Source: Azolla caroliniana (lineage: Eukaryota > Plantae > Polypodiophyta). Taken from it: DNA of 64,000 nucleotides. Where the stretch lies: the NCBI GenBank assembly GCA_043228905.1, contig JBHGNT010000011.1, positions 682,001 through 746,000 on the forward strand, written 5' to 3'. A program made the position numbers and the translations under genes. The notes under the pieces were generated by a model. That model had not been told where the DNA came from. It saw only the letters and a list, made by a program, of their open reading frames with translations, and searched no databases. Positions 38,794-52,126 of this stretch are shown in pieces (within the stretch, counting starts at the first letter, position 1; the number at the start of each line of letters is the position of its first letter).

Positions 38794-40034
38794 TTGTGTG
38801 CTTAACGAATATGGGAACTCTAATTAAGTTAGCACTACCAATAATAGATTTAACCAAACGCCAGTTTAAGATCAAGAGTCCATATTGATGGAGGAACAAC
38901 TTTTAGAGGATTCAATGGTGCATAGTTTGGGGTTGATCTCCCATCTCATGGTAGTTGCATTACATTAATCTCTACATTCAATTTATGAGGGCCAAATCAA
39001 GTTCATGCTGGTTCAATAGACAAGCCCTATAGTAACATCTCATTAAATGTACATATACTTGCTCATCTTTCAAGATTTTACATTCTATTAATGGCAAACT
39101 TAATCCATTATCATATATTATATGCAGACTCAAATTACTTTTCATAGACTAATGAAAACCCAATGATTCTCATGTTTTTACAAAAGCTTCACTATCTATT
39201 TTTGAGATTTGTGCAATCGTACTAGGATATTTAACCAGATTACTTTAACTATTGAAAGCATCTCTTGTTTCTAAGTGTCTGTGAATTGTTGCCAAGTTTT
39301 CAAGTCATGGCAGCAAGCTATTTCTTTAATTTAAAGCTCACTAGTGAACTTTGAACTTGCCCCTAACACCCGCATCATGAAATGTGTAGCATAATTACTT
39401 TCCAAAAAGGCAATTCATGCAAATTTGAAAGAAAATGGCGATATATGGTTAGATTGTTGAGAAGAAAAGGAGCAAAATATAATGTAAGATTTATGGCAAC
39501 AAATAGGAGATCCAAGCAATTCATGAGAGAGATTGGGAAAAGAATATTGAGAAAAAAGGGGAATCAATGTTTGAGCATGATGTGTGGTGTGGTTAGGAAT
39601 GTTTACAAGAAAAGGAGTAACATATAATTCGAGAATATGTTGGAGTTATATAAATAGATTATTGCAACCATGTTCTTGAAGTTGGTGGGAGTCTTTTGTG
39701 AGTGTCAATCACATGCAAGACTTTCTAAAATCACAATTTAGTTCTATCACCAACCTTACAGGTCATTCATGTAAGGCAAACAAAGATGCCTTTTGTATTA
39801 TATTTAACAACGCATTCACAATAGTTCATGTACCACCATAATTGTTTAGAGACATTGTGAATATCTAACAAGTAATGCACTCCTTTGTTGTCACCATTTT
39901 GAAAAAGTTGAGTTAGAAAGTGTTGTTTATGCACACCATCCATTGACTACGCATTAGATCTTTGATCTTGCATCCTCAATGTTTTGATGACTTGCGAAAT
40001 ATGTGGGGACGAGACCTCCCAATTAGGAAGACCT

Positions 40035-43000
40035 CTATTGTGAATGACTACCGACTTTCTTCACTTCAGCAACTGAGTGTGTCTCTAATTCTGACAGACT
40101 ATCAAACCGATATATCATGTCAACGCAAAACACGTTTACGCATATAGAATATTATATGCCATGTAAAAACAGAATGGAATGTAGGTACCCGGATTACCTT
40201 GAAACAGCTCTATCCAAGTGTGCATCTAAGGCAGCAATGACACCTGGCATTTGCTCCAAGAGCTGAGAAAACAAAAGCTAGACTATCATTGCCAAGGCTC
40301 AAAAAAACATGGAATATTTAAAATGACAGATTAAGATTGTGAAAAGGTGAAGGAACATATATCTAGACAGATTTTAAATTCATTTGAGAGATCAAGCAAA
40401 CTCCACTGGTGTGCACATATAGAGTTCCATTCAGCTTCCAGGATCCTTGCATCAAAATCTACTTGTTCCATAAGTAGGTCACACCAACTCTATTAGCATG
40501 GAGCATTGATTTGAGAGACCGAATCTATGTCACATGGAATTTACAAGACATTTCACTCAGAGTGACACAGTGAATTGTAGTACATTCCATCACAACGATT
40601 ACTCGGATAATTTAGTGCTAGTCATCAGTGCAAAAGAACACTGTTAAGGCAGATTAGGTACCACCCCAGAAATTAACAAGAACCTGTTTGAGGTTGTATC
40701 CTCGAAAAGATAAAAGATCCCATGTTGACATTGATAAATGGCATTTTTACAAATCTGCACATGGTTTGATATCTTGGCATGACTTAGTATGGATATGTCA
40801 GGCTCTGACTCGTATAAAGGACATGCATCAGACCAAACTTTGGATATGAAAATATAATCAGAGATCAGCGGTGTTGTAACGAAGAGATTATAATTGTCAA
40901 AGCTCAAACTCCATAACCTTGGGCATAATCATCTTAGGAGAGAACTTATTTTTACAGCACAGTACATTGCGTAATTAATTCTTTTTAACCACCTCTTGGA
41001 AGCTCATATCATTCTTTGCTCTATCCTAAACCTCCACTCATGTTTCTTTGGGTAGTTAGTATGGTCATGTCTCATAGATCGCAATCAGTCTCCCGTGGAC
41101 GTTAAAAATATATTTATCTCTTCAAAAGATTCCATTGTGAATGAGGCCTTCTTGCAACACCAATGTCTCATGACATGTGCAACATGTGGAGGCTCACGCT
41201 TCTCACGTTATACTAAGTGTAACTACATAACCATAATCTTCATTGAACAGAGAAATCGTACACATCAATACATGTTAGAGCTCATCCCATTGTCTGCCAT
41301 CTGAACCATTGGTTCTAGGAGACTTAGCTCACACTCACTACAATGTGGTGGTCGATAGGATTTGGCAACAGCTCGGCTGAAGCCTAAACCGAACCGTTAA
41401 ACCGTTTTTAAACGGTTTGGCAGTTTGGTTTTATCGGTTTAGGCTTGAGCTTCGTTAACCAGTTTGAGCTCAGTTTGGGATTTCTCAAGCCAAACCAAAC
41501 CGGTTAAGGCTTAAACGGCTTGGTTAAACCAGCTACCTTTAATCGGTTTAGGAATCGATTCGGTTCAACTTTGGAAACTCCCAAACTGGTTAAGCCAAAA
41601 CTGAACCATTGCCAATTCCTAGTAGTCGATAATGCACACTTTGTCCTAAACAAGTTCAGGAGTCTGAGCATCACACTTTGATACAATCTTCTGCCTTTGA
41701 TCACATTCTACTATGCTTTCACACATTTTTGACCAAACCCAATCTTTGCATGAATTTCTCTCACAGTCACATTGTGCAATCCCAATTGCAACATTCATTA
41801 GCAAAGTTCTTGAACATGGAAATTCACTACTCACTCTCACGTGAAAATGTTATACTGGTCTCATAGGTCATATTTGACTTCTGAAGACAATAATAAATTC
41901 TCTCTCACTCTCTTTAGAGACCTTTATCTTAGATGGGCACATATTGGAGATCTTCTGAAGGCAAAAGTTTTGGTCTGTCTAAGCTCCTTAGTTAAAAGGA
42001 ATATCTTGTAACCTTAAGCAATTTTACTGATCTAGTTATCTATATTTTATTTATTTTAGTTTGTTTCTAGGATGAGACAACATTTTTGTCATCTCTCGTT
42101 CAGTCTCATAGACCATTTTTGGCATCTTGGAAGATGTTAATAAACCTTTCTCTCTGTAGATATGCAATGGGGAATCTATGCATGTATGAATCCATATCAA
42201 AAGAGGCGTTGTCACCCAATGGGGTGTCAAAGGATGTGGCTAGCAGAATTGAAATAAAACAAGGTTGCTCACTATCATCCACTCTCTTCAGTTTGTATAT
42301 AGATGAGGGGTCACATTACATAGAGAGATTTGGCGGCTCTAGAGCATGCCTAGCAAGTATAGCCATACAAATATTATTCCCCGGAAGGACTATAAAGACA
42401 TCTAAATGCCTTAAAAGTATTTCATACAAACAAAGGTTTGTCAGTAGACAGATAAAACTATAGCGATACCATGCAAGCATGGGTAACAAGATCAGAACCA
42501 GAATTCTTCTTGGGAGAGGAAAGATGGCGTCGGCATGATCCTCTACACATAACTACGAGTAACATTCAAAGGGCTTTAGTTCTTACAAGAGGCTGCTTGA
42601 GCTCAACTCTCTCGTGGATTTGCAGCCCTTCGTGCTCTTGAAAGACAATGTGCACATTTGCAGTTCCAAAAGCCATCAACTACATTGTGGCTATCTTATA
42701 CACTTGTCATACCAACTCATCTCTATGGAGTACAAATAGTCTTAACAAGTAACAGTCGGCAACGGTTCGGTTTGAACCGAACAAAACCGTGAAACCAAGG
42801 CTTAACGGTTTAATTGGTTCAGTTCGGTTCGGTTTCAACACGTAGAACCTGAGTTTAAACAGTTTAATGGTTTTTTATTTTTTTTCAATTTTTAGTTTTC
42901 TTTAATTTTAAAAAAAAATCTTTTATTTTAAAAAAATAATTTAAATGATCTTTTCATTTTCAAGCCTTATTCTCACATTTTAGGAAAATCTTTAAAATTT

Positions 43001-46000
43001 TAAATAATGAAATATTTTAAATTTTAAAATTTGAATTTTGATCTAAGTTGAAAAACCGAAATTGAACCACAAAACTGCGGTTTTAACGGTTTGAATTTTT
43101 TTAAAAGGTTCAGTTTAACGGTTCGTAGTTGGTTCGGTTCGGTTCAAGTTTCAAAATTTTTAAACAGTTCAGTTTTGACACTCTCAAACCGAACCGAAAC
43201 GTTGCCGATTGTTATTAACAAGGCAAATAACTAGAAAGATTTAGAGAGACCTTTAGGCTCAATGATTGCCTACATGATGAGGAAAGCATTGGTGCCCCAT
43301 GATATGATCCAAGCAAACATGGGAACTGCTCCATTAAGCATTGAGGCATTATTCTGATCAGTGACCAATATCCAACGGCTTTGGGAGCTTCTTAAATGAA
43401 GGTACACAAGGTTGGCAATTATGTCGTCAAAATAACTTGTTGAATATGGAGATATTCATTGTTGGTATGCTGAAACCCAGCAATGATTTGAGTCACATGG
43501 CATAAACATTAATGCACTACCCCCACTCCAATATAGCTTGGATTGTCACCATCTAAACATGACCAAAATGGAAAAGAATTGCGTGATGCGAACTGATATT
43601 ATCAAGTTGGATAACAAAACAATATGGATCAACCCCACGAGATCTCTTGGTAGGAAGATGGCTCACTATACAACACTTTTTACACACATCGGAGGATGGA
43701 TTCATCATCAGGCCCCCTTATATGGACATACATCTATCCTGTGCATTGCGCAGTGTGATAGGGCACTTGTGAACTTCTTTCCATGAGTTAGAGATTAAGG
43801 TACACAAATATGCACAAATACCTCTAGAAAAAAGCTTTTTCCAATTGTGTCATCAAAGAGTGGAATTTGAAGAACACTATGTTTGTCATTCTGCTGTTTT
43901 TATGAAATAAGGGGGAGATACCAATTCTTCAGCCCATTGTGCAAGGTAATGGAATATGAGGTCCAACGGCATTTGCGGTGTTTCTTGCTAGAACTCAAGA
44001 GACACAGGGAGAAGTTGACAGACAACAACACAGCCACACAAGCTCATCAACAAAGAACAATCATAGCTTTCTTTAGCCCCATCACTCCAACTCATGTTAC
44101 AAATCAATCAAGGGCTACATAAATTGGATCCCAACAGGGATAAGGAGAACAAATAGATCAGGCAATAGCAATTTTCCATGCACGTAGACCTCAGCCTCGT
44201 GTACCATGATCTCACCAGCCTTGTCATCTACAAATAAAGGCCATTTATCACCCATCATAGGTGCTTCCCTTGCTTTGGAGACCTCCATTCTGAATCGACC
44301 TATGCGAGACATCTTTCGAAGACAAAAAGTGCAATGTATCTGACTTGAGAACCTTACATGTATAGATGACAAGATTCTTTTGTCATGTCTTAATTATATT
44401 TCTAATTGCGTTTTTATTTAGTTACATTTGTTTTGGTTTGTTGTTCTCAAAGATGAGACAACAATTTTAGATGTAATCTCTTGTTTGGTCTTACAGGCCA
44501 TTTTGACCTCTTAAAATACATTTATATATATATATATAGTTATGTTTGTTTTGGTTTGCTGTTCTCAAAGATGAGACAACAATTTTAGATGTAATATCCT
44601 GTTTGGTCTTACAGGCCATTTTGACGTCTTAAAATAAATTTATATTATTTTTATATTTGTTTGTTTGTTTGTTTGTTTAGTTATGTTTGTTTTGGTTTGC
44701 TGTTCTCAAAGATGAGACAACAAATTCAGCTGTAATCTCTTGTTTGGTCTTACAGGCCATTATGACCTCTTAAAATACATTTACTATAAGTTATAACTAT
44801 ATATACCTTTCTCTTAAAAATCAACAGTCTCATCCCAAAAGGGACCGAGGCATTATTCAGATTAGTGACCAGTATGCAATGGGTTTGGGAGCTTCTAAGC
44901 AAAGTTATTCAAGACTGGTACTTGTGTCCTCAACATGACTTGCCGAAAATGGAGAAAATAATGGTTGGTTTGATGACCCTCATTCTAATCAAGCTTGAAT
45001 TATCCATACCTAAACATGACTAGAGTGGAAAAGAATAGATTGATCTGCCCCACAACATCTCTAGGTAAGAAAATGGCCCACAGTAAGACTCAAGATTTAT
45101 TATCAAACCTTGTATGGATACAAGTCTATCTTGTGAATTCCATAGTGTAATAGGGCAGCTAAGGAACTCTTCGCATAAGTTAGAAATTAAGATATAAAGA
45201 AATACACGCAAACCTATGGAGGAACATATCTGACAATTGTGCCACTGGGTAGTGGAATCAGAGGAGCATTATGTCAGCCAGTGTGCTGTTTTTTTATGAA
45301 ATAAGGAGATACCACTGCATCTCCAAACAAAGCTTTGGCCCATGCACTTTAATGGAATATGAAGAGCAATGGTGCTTTGGGCTGTTTTTGCTAGAACTCA
45401 ACACAGAGAGAAGTGACTAAGGACAACAATACGACCACTCCAGCTCATTAACAGAGAACTATTTTATTCATAGGTAATGAAGTGGTTCAACAACAATGGC
45501 CTCAGTATGAAGAAATTGCCACCCTTCTGATATTGTATTCCTTTCCAAAATGATGAAAGGGACAAGGTATTGCAATAAGATCTATGGTAGCTCTTTACCC
45601 AAAAGATTTGGATCACACCAAGGGAGCTTCTTTCCCCAAAGATGACATACTACAAAGATCATTTCATGACCTTTTCAAAGGATGGCTTCAAATGTGGACT
45701 GAGGTCTACATGCCACATAGTGCTCCCAAAGCAATAGGCAACACGGAGTTTCCTCCCACAAACTAGAGATCAAAGCAAGCCGCCTAGGCACTCTGCATAT
45801 CTAGACCTGAAAGATTTTGTAAATTATGTGACGGAGAGATCAAAAGCGATGAACATTTTGTGAGTAGTCCAGCTTACTAGCACATCAGCGAGAAGTATGG
45901 CAACCTCTACGCCACCATTCGACAAATGATGGAGAGCACTTCGGACAAATCTGGTTTGAGCTCCAAAAGCATAGGGAAGCAAGCCTTATAATAGCATGCC

Positions 46001-49000
46001 GGACGCAATGACAATCACACATCGCTGATTGCTTCGCTAGCTCCACACCTCCACTAACAATGGAACCTGCGAGTACCACGATAGAAGCACATGGGCCATA
46101 CCATCACCCGATCATTGTTCGTCATGTCTATTGGGCATGAGGACACCCAGCACTTGTTGAACTTCCTCATAACCTCATTCAACCACAACCACCAACCTCA
46201 AGGATGATGTTCATTGACCACTACTCAACACATACATATTAGTGATATACTTCACACTCAAAAACCACATGCATTAAGATCATGATCATGTAGCTTTTCA
46301 TAACCTAGAGTTTCTAATTTTGATTCAGTACGGATAACATGAATTCACCCACATTTGTAAACGCGGACAAATTGTAACCTTCAGTAGAAATTTGTGCAGT
46401 AGGATATCCTGCTTAAATCTAAGCCCACTTGATTCAGTACGGATAACATGAATTCACCCACATTTGTAAACGCGGACAAATTGTAACCTTCAGTACGGAT
46501 AACATGAATTCACCCACATTTGTAAACGCGGACAAATTGTAACCTTCAATAGAAATTTGTGCAGTAGGATATCCTGCTTAAATCTAATTTTGATTCAGTA
46601 CGGATAACATGAATTCACCCACATTTGTAAACACGGACAAATTGTAACCTTCAGTAGAAATTTGTGCAGTAGGATATCCTGCTTAAATCTAAGCCCACTT
46701 GAGGAAATTTTACCATCCAATTGCGTTCCTTGCATTAAAATTGAACTGCTTATCATTTTAAGAGTGTGCGAAGAATATTGGACAGTGGGTATTATACGAA
46801 TGTTTATGGGTTCAATATGTTAGGGCTGATATTTAGTTAACAATGCTAATGTAGGATAACTTCAAGGCCATTTCTGCCCATCTTAAATACTGCCCATTAA
46901 GATCACTTGCCACTTGAATTGAGCAAGCTGCACAACAACATCCAACAATTCAGTCAATGACGTAAATCTCAGCTGGTCTTCTGCCCACTAAGGCCAGTTC
47001 CCAATTCACTCATTGTGCAAGCCTCACATGGGACAGATGTTTCAATCATCACACCCCTTCTAAAATGGAAATTATTTTTGTTCCATTTATCCTCTAAGCT
47101 CATACAAGGACTTTGATTTCAACTTGAATATGACTGTGATCAAAATAATTGCCCTGCTAATAATGAATTGCAATTATTTTCAGAAATCAGTTCCCAACTT
47201 ATCTACGGACAGATGGTGAATCATTAAATCATGACATGAACAGAAAGCACCAACTCTGAATGTGGCAAATACCCACTCCATTCTTTCTTAATCTCTCCAT
47301 TCAGAAAAATCTACCATAAACACAAGCAGTTCATAGGCTGGATGTCAACTCAGACGATGAACAGCGGGTAAACCTTGCTTCTAACTTCTATCCAGTCTGT
47401 CTGCCCCCACCATCATCAGTCACCAGCCGATTTCCTCGAGTTTCTATATGTTCAACATCTTCCCACATATTGACTGCAGCATACATGCTTGACATTAGAA
47501 CATATCCAGAAGCATTGTCGGGATATAATATGCAAGCTCTGTCAAAGCATTCCCTAGCAAAATTTAAATTGTTATAGCTTTTACAGCTCGTAAGCAACGA
47601 CCTCCAAACAGCAATGTCTGGGCAAACTGGCATGGTACAAAGTAAAGCTTCTGCCTCTTGAAGCAAGCCTGCGCGACCAAATAAATCGATCATACAACTG
47701 AAATGTTCCATATTTGGCACAACTCCATGAACCTCCCTCATCGTTTGGAAATAATGGTGCCCATCCACGAGGAGGCCAGCGTGACCACAAGCAGTCAAGA
47801 TACTAGTAAATGCAGCATCACCAGGTCGCAATCCACACTGTTGCATGTCTTTGAGGCATTCCCAAGCCAATGAAGAGCTCCCATGAGATGCATAACCTGA
47901 CACCTTTGTCCCCCATGTAATGACATCAGGGTTCTGCAACTCCTTTGAAGTACGGAAAGCCTCAGATAGGCTTCCACATCTTATGTACATGTCTGCAAGC
48001 ACAGTCCCAACTGCAACATCAGACTCCAGCCCACTTTTGATAATCTGAGAATGAGCAAATCTACCTTGTTCTATCGCCCGTAAGCTGCCGCATGCTTTTG
48101 TCACAGAAAGATAGATAGCTCGATTTGGTTTCAAATCTGTTTGCTCCAATTTTTCAAAAAACGTAAGTGCAGCAATAGCATCCTCTTGCATCACGTAGCC
48201 TAGAATCATTGCACCCCAAGATACGATGTCAGGCTTAGGAATATCATCAAAAACTTTGCGTGCTTCTCTTGTACCCCCACATTTCACATACATGTCCACA
48301 AGGGCACCCTCAATCACTGGATCGGATGCTGCATGGCTTCTCAAGAACTCGTCATGTATATAGAAGCTTTCATGGATGTCACCTATGCTGCTACATGCTT
48401 TCATCAGGGAGGAGAATGTGAGGGTGTTGGGAGCAATGCCCACTTGCCTCATGTTCTGGAAAAAGTTCAATGCCAGCCAACCATGTCCATACTCTGCGTA
48501 TCCTGAAATCATGACGCTCCATGTGACCACATCCTTACATGGTATGCTATTAAAGACATTCTCGGCATCTTTCACATCCGAGCATTTACAATATGCAGCT
48601 AATATTGTGTTCCAAACACTCAAATCAAATTCAAATCCATGTTCGAAAATCTCCCCATGCACATACCTTATGTGATCAATGCCAGTGCAAGCTTTTAAGA
48701 TGGACAAAAAAGTGACCTTATCTGGCATGATCCCAGCACACTTCATATCGTTGTACAATGACAGAGCTAGTCCATTCTCACCAAACGTGGTAAATGCAGA
48801 GATCATAGAGTTGCACGTGTACGCAGTAGGGTTTTGAACATGTAAAAATACATCATAAGCTTCTTGCAATGCCCCACATGTGGCAAACAAGCGGATGAGG
48901 TTATCGTTGAGAAAGGTGATTGACCCAAGGTGTGTCCCCATAATTAGCTGGTGGATGCGTCTCGCAGAAACACGGTCCTTCTTCTTCAGGCAACCTTTGA

Positions 49001-51415
49001 TAAGGCAGTATATAATGTCACTAGAAACGGCATGCATGAGCCCTTCCTGTTTTGTCTCTTCCACAGCCCGAATGACTTCACATAGCTTCCCACCTTGCCT
49101 GGCCAGGGTAGCCATGGCCAAAAGGCGGTGGTATCGATGCTGCTGCTGTTGCTTCGGGACATCCATCATTCATCAGCAGTTATCATCAGTATTGTCATTG
49201 TGAGATCCGGAAAAGGATCGAATGGCATGGGTCAAATTTAGGCCATGGGAAGGGAAAGTTGAGAGAGATGTCCTCACTTATTTTTACCCACTTCCACTTT
49301 GTTGAATTAAAGGCCCCTGGCAGTGTACATATAATACATTTGTGTGGACAAGCACAAACCACCCGCGAGTGTAATCAACAAAAAGAGTGTTACATTTAAT
49401 ACTGTAGATGGGTTAGAAGTTACAGGAACCTAAGAGACAGTTCTAGGGTTAGCTCCTCATGTAGCCACTGAATTATATCTAACCTCACTTAGGAGCACTT
49501 GAGCTACGGATCCCTTTGTATCATTCCCTCTATTGTAGTCAGGCTTCAGCACTCTTTACTATACTATAAATCTGTTTTTCCATTGTTTCCCTGTGTTGAA
49601 TAATTGTCTCCATATTCTCTATTTTCAGCCATTCATTGACATGATATCAGCACTACAGAGATTCCATGCTTGTTAATCAAGGAGATCTTTGGAGGAGGAA
49701 ATTTATCAGAGGCAGTGGCTATTAGACAAGGCCTTGAAGAGCGCTAACGCGGTGCAGATGGTTTCCTCGGTTGTGTTCATAGTGGGAATCTTGGCGAGTG
49801 TGGCCACATCCATTAGCGATGTTGGAGAGGAAGCTCGACGGGACAAACTACATGTGGAAGTTCATATTGTGGATTATCATGAGCTAAGTCTATAGCAATG
49901 ACATTATCAATATTTTCTTCAACTTCATCAAGAAAGCAAACAGCTATGGCAATGACAGTAGGGAAGAAAGAGTACTCTAATAAACAACGAAACAAAGAAA
50001 AGGCATTAACCATGAAGCTCATGTTCAAAAAATTAATGTGTAAACTCTGATTTATGAAACTTGGAAATAATAGGAGATGAAAAAATAATAAAAAATGAAG
50101 AGATTAAGAGAAAGGAGAAAGTAAATGATTGAGAAGGAAAATAGATATCAGTAATGGAGCAAAAGATTCCATGGTCTTCTTATTCCTCTTCACCAACAGC
50201 TATGGTTGTGGAAAAGAGAGACGCCTCCAAAAAAGAGGACTTCTCACTCTCTACCATTTTCTCAAGCTTTCTGTTATTACTTTTTCAGCCATTCTCTCAC
50301 GTTTCCGGTTTTAAAACATTGACAAAAATGACTCTTGACCTTCTGCGACTAAATAACCACAAGTTCATAGAAACCCAGTTCGTTCTATGCTCTTGTTATA
50401 GTTCAGACGACAAAGGATGCTCTTCATAAGAGCAGGCCATGAGGGAATACACCTCACAATCACACTGAAAAGGTAGATTCAGGTTTACTGGTTTCTTCAT
50501 AAATGGTATCACTTTTCTACCCCAGCACCCTCTTGTTACTTTGTCTTTAAGGCCACCACTATACACCCTGTTCTTACCAGGCCTTTAACGTCACTATTAT
50601 ATTGGTCAGCCAGAAGACAATGTTGATCATGGCATTGACATTTGTCAAATTCCATGTCATTTCCTATTAAAAACATTTTCACAAGTTCATATCACCTCCA
50701 ATACAGCGCTATCATGGTTAGGCACTTAGGAATGACTTGTCATGATGTCGTTACCAACTCTTATTTGGTAAAGACGCGTGCGTAATTCAATCATTCATTG
50801 AAATATCAAAATTAAGTCTTGTTGCCATGTTTCTTGTGTGGGAGTTACACCTCCAAGATTAGGTTTTTAAGGTTTTTCTTTGAGCTTCATTTCAGTTTTT
50901 AACAGCATAATCTGGCCGAGATTTTTCCATATTAATCCTTTTTCTAGCTATTGAATGTTTCTTGTATTGGAGTTGCACCTCCAATATTAGGTTTTTAAGG
51001 TTTTTCTTTTAGTCTTTTTGAGCTTCTTTTCAGTTTTTAACAGCATAATCTGGCCGAGATTCCTCCATATTAATCTTTTTTTCTAGCTATTGACAGGCAT
51101 AGCACTCACCGCTCCTGTGTTTCTAATGCTTGCAGTCTTGGCTAGAAGTTCTTTCGGCAATTTCGCAATACTCTAAAAAAAAAAAAAAAAATTGGGAAGG
51201 AGCAAAAGAAATCAGCATCGATGAAATCGTGTGGAGCATCACTCGGAACGAATTAAGGTTCGATCTTAGGGTTTTACTGAAGCTTGTTTGCTTTAATTCT
51301 TTACCTCAGTGGGGGAGGTGTTCCGGATGAGGTCGGCGAGGTTGGAGACAGAGAGCACACATTGCACGAGACGATCCGAAACCTTGGCTGTGGTAGCAGC
51401 AGCTGGGCCAGAAGC

Positions 51416-51446
<31 letters not shown>

Positions 51447-51460
51447 GAGGGGCCTGCCAT
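40035..51460 (-). CDS. TOM2B: Tobamovirus multiplication 2B-like protein, exons 51460-51305, 51172-51110, 40262-40198, 40098-40035 (~115 aa)
   Basis: In-phase GT-AG exons give TAKVSDRLVQCVLSVSNLADLIRNTSPTE / SIAKLPKELLAKTASIRNTGA / LLEQMPGVIAALDAHLDRAV. This matches my recollection of TOM2B (AKLPKNLLAK..QLPQVISSLDAH). The last exon is less certain. Confidence 0.8.
41356..41621. mobile_element. AACCG-rich hAT-type MITE
   Basis: TIR TAGGATTTGGCAA / TTGCCAATTCCTA. 8-bp TSD GTGGTCGA/GTAGTCGA. Confidence 0.85.
42150..45880 (+). mobile_element. Decayed LINE remnants (RT and 3' regions, at least two copies, with a triplicated 3' tail at 44410-44782)
   Basis: RT motif IKQGCSLSSTLFSLYID at 42086-42463. 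43330-44060 resembles 44840-45460. Confidence 0.6.
42750..43214. mobile_element. AACCG-rich hAT-type MITE
   Basis: TIR TAACAGTCGGCAACG / CGTTGCCGATTGTTA. Perfect 8-bp TSD TTAACAAG. Confidence 0.92.
46319..46701. repeat. Minisatellite with ~57-bp and ~110-bp units
   Basis: TTCAGTACGGATAACATGAATTCACCCACATTTGTAAAC.CGGACAAATTGTAACC occurs four times. Confidence 0.95.
47388..49169 (-). CDS. PLS-class pentatricopeptide repeat protein with E domain, no DYW (organellar RNA-editing factor type), 593 aa, intronless
   Basis: PPR motifs (DVVTWSVMISGYAEYG, ALVDMYVKCG, HFSCMIDLFGRAG) and E-domain signature (VWRSLLTSC..YVLMSSMYA). Confidence 0.93.
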   Translation of the reverse strand: MMDVPKQQQQHRYHRLLAMATLARQGGKLCEVIRAVEETKQEGLMHAVSSDIIYCLIKGCLKKKDRVSARRIHQLIMGTHLGSITFLNDNLIRLFATCGALQEAYDVFLHVQNPTAYTCNSMISAFTTFGENGLALSLYNDMKCAGIMPDKVTFLSILKACTGIDHIRYVHGEIFEHGFEFDLSVWNTILAAYCKCSDVKDAENVFNSIPCKDVVTWSVMISGYAEYGHGWLALNFFQNMRQVGIAPNTLTFSSLMKACSSIGDIHESFYIHDEFLRSHAASDPVIEGALVDMYVKCGGTREARKVFDDIPKPDIVSWGAMILGYVMQEDAIAALTFFEKLEQTDLKPNRAIYLSVTKACGSLRAIEQGRFAHSQIIKSGLESDVAVGTVLADMYIRCGSLSEAFRTSKELQNPDVITWGTKVSGYASHGSSSLAWECLKDMQQCGLRPGDAAFTSILTACGHAGLLVDGHHYFQTMREVHGVVPNMEHFSCMIDLFGRAGLLQEAEALLCTMPVCPDIAVWRSLLTSCKSYNNLNFARECFDRACILYPDNASGYVLMSSMYAAVNMWEDVEHIETRGNRLVTDDGGGRQTG

Positions 51461-51518
51461 TTCTAGCGTGTGGAGGGGGCTCTCTTCTCTCATGGTCAAG
51501 TAGTACATATACTAGTAG

Positions 51519-51553
<35 letters not shown>

Positions 51554-51642
51554 TCGCCCACAAAGAAATGGGATGAGCTTGCCCAGGAAACTGCCCGAAT
51601 CGGCCTAATCTTATCTATTTTGTTCTGTTCTGCCACTGCATG

Positions 51643-52126
51643 TAACAATCGGCAACAATTCGGTTCGGTTTGAGAGGGTCCAAACAAAACCGGTTTGGAA
51701 CTGAACCGTTTAAAACTTTTGGAACCTAAACCGAACCGTTAAACCTTTTTCAAACCATTAAACCATTAAACCGTAAAAACCACGGTTTCATGGTACAGTT
51801 TAGGTTTTCAACAAAGGTCTTTTTTTTTTCTTTTTTTTTTTAATTTATAATATTTCATTTTTTAAAATTTTTAAAATTTTTAAGATGTTCCAAAAATGTG
51901 AGGATAAGGTCTAAAAATGAAAAGATTGTTTAAAAACTTTCTTTTTTTTTTAATAAATAATACAAAATAAAAAACCGTTAAACCATTTAAACCGCAGTTT
52001 TTGACTGTTGAAACCGAACCGAACCGTTTTAAAAAACCCAAACCTGAACCGAACTGTTGAAACCGTTAAGCCGTTAAACCGCAGTTCGGTTCGGTTCGGT
52101 TCAAACCGAACCGTTGCCAAATGTTA
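51643..52126. mobile_element. AACCG-rich hAT-type MITE just upstream of TOM2B
   Basis: TIR TAACAATCGGCAAC / GTTGCCAAATGTTA. 8-bp TSD ACTGCATG/ATTGCATG. Confidence 0.88.

Noticed and set aside
49370-49660. Possible solo or decayed LTR with PBS-like TGATATCAG upstream of the PPR gene
   Set aside because: No partner LTR, TSD or coding motif found; too weak to call.
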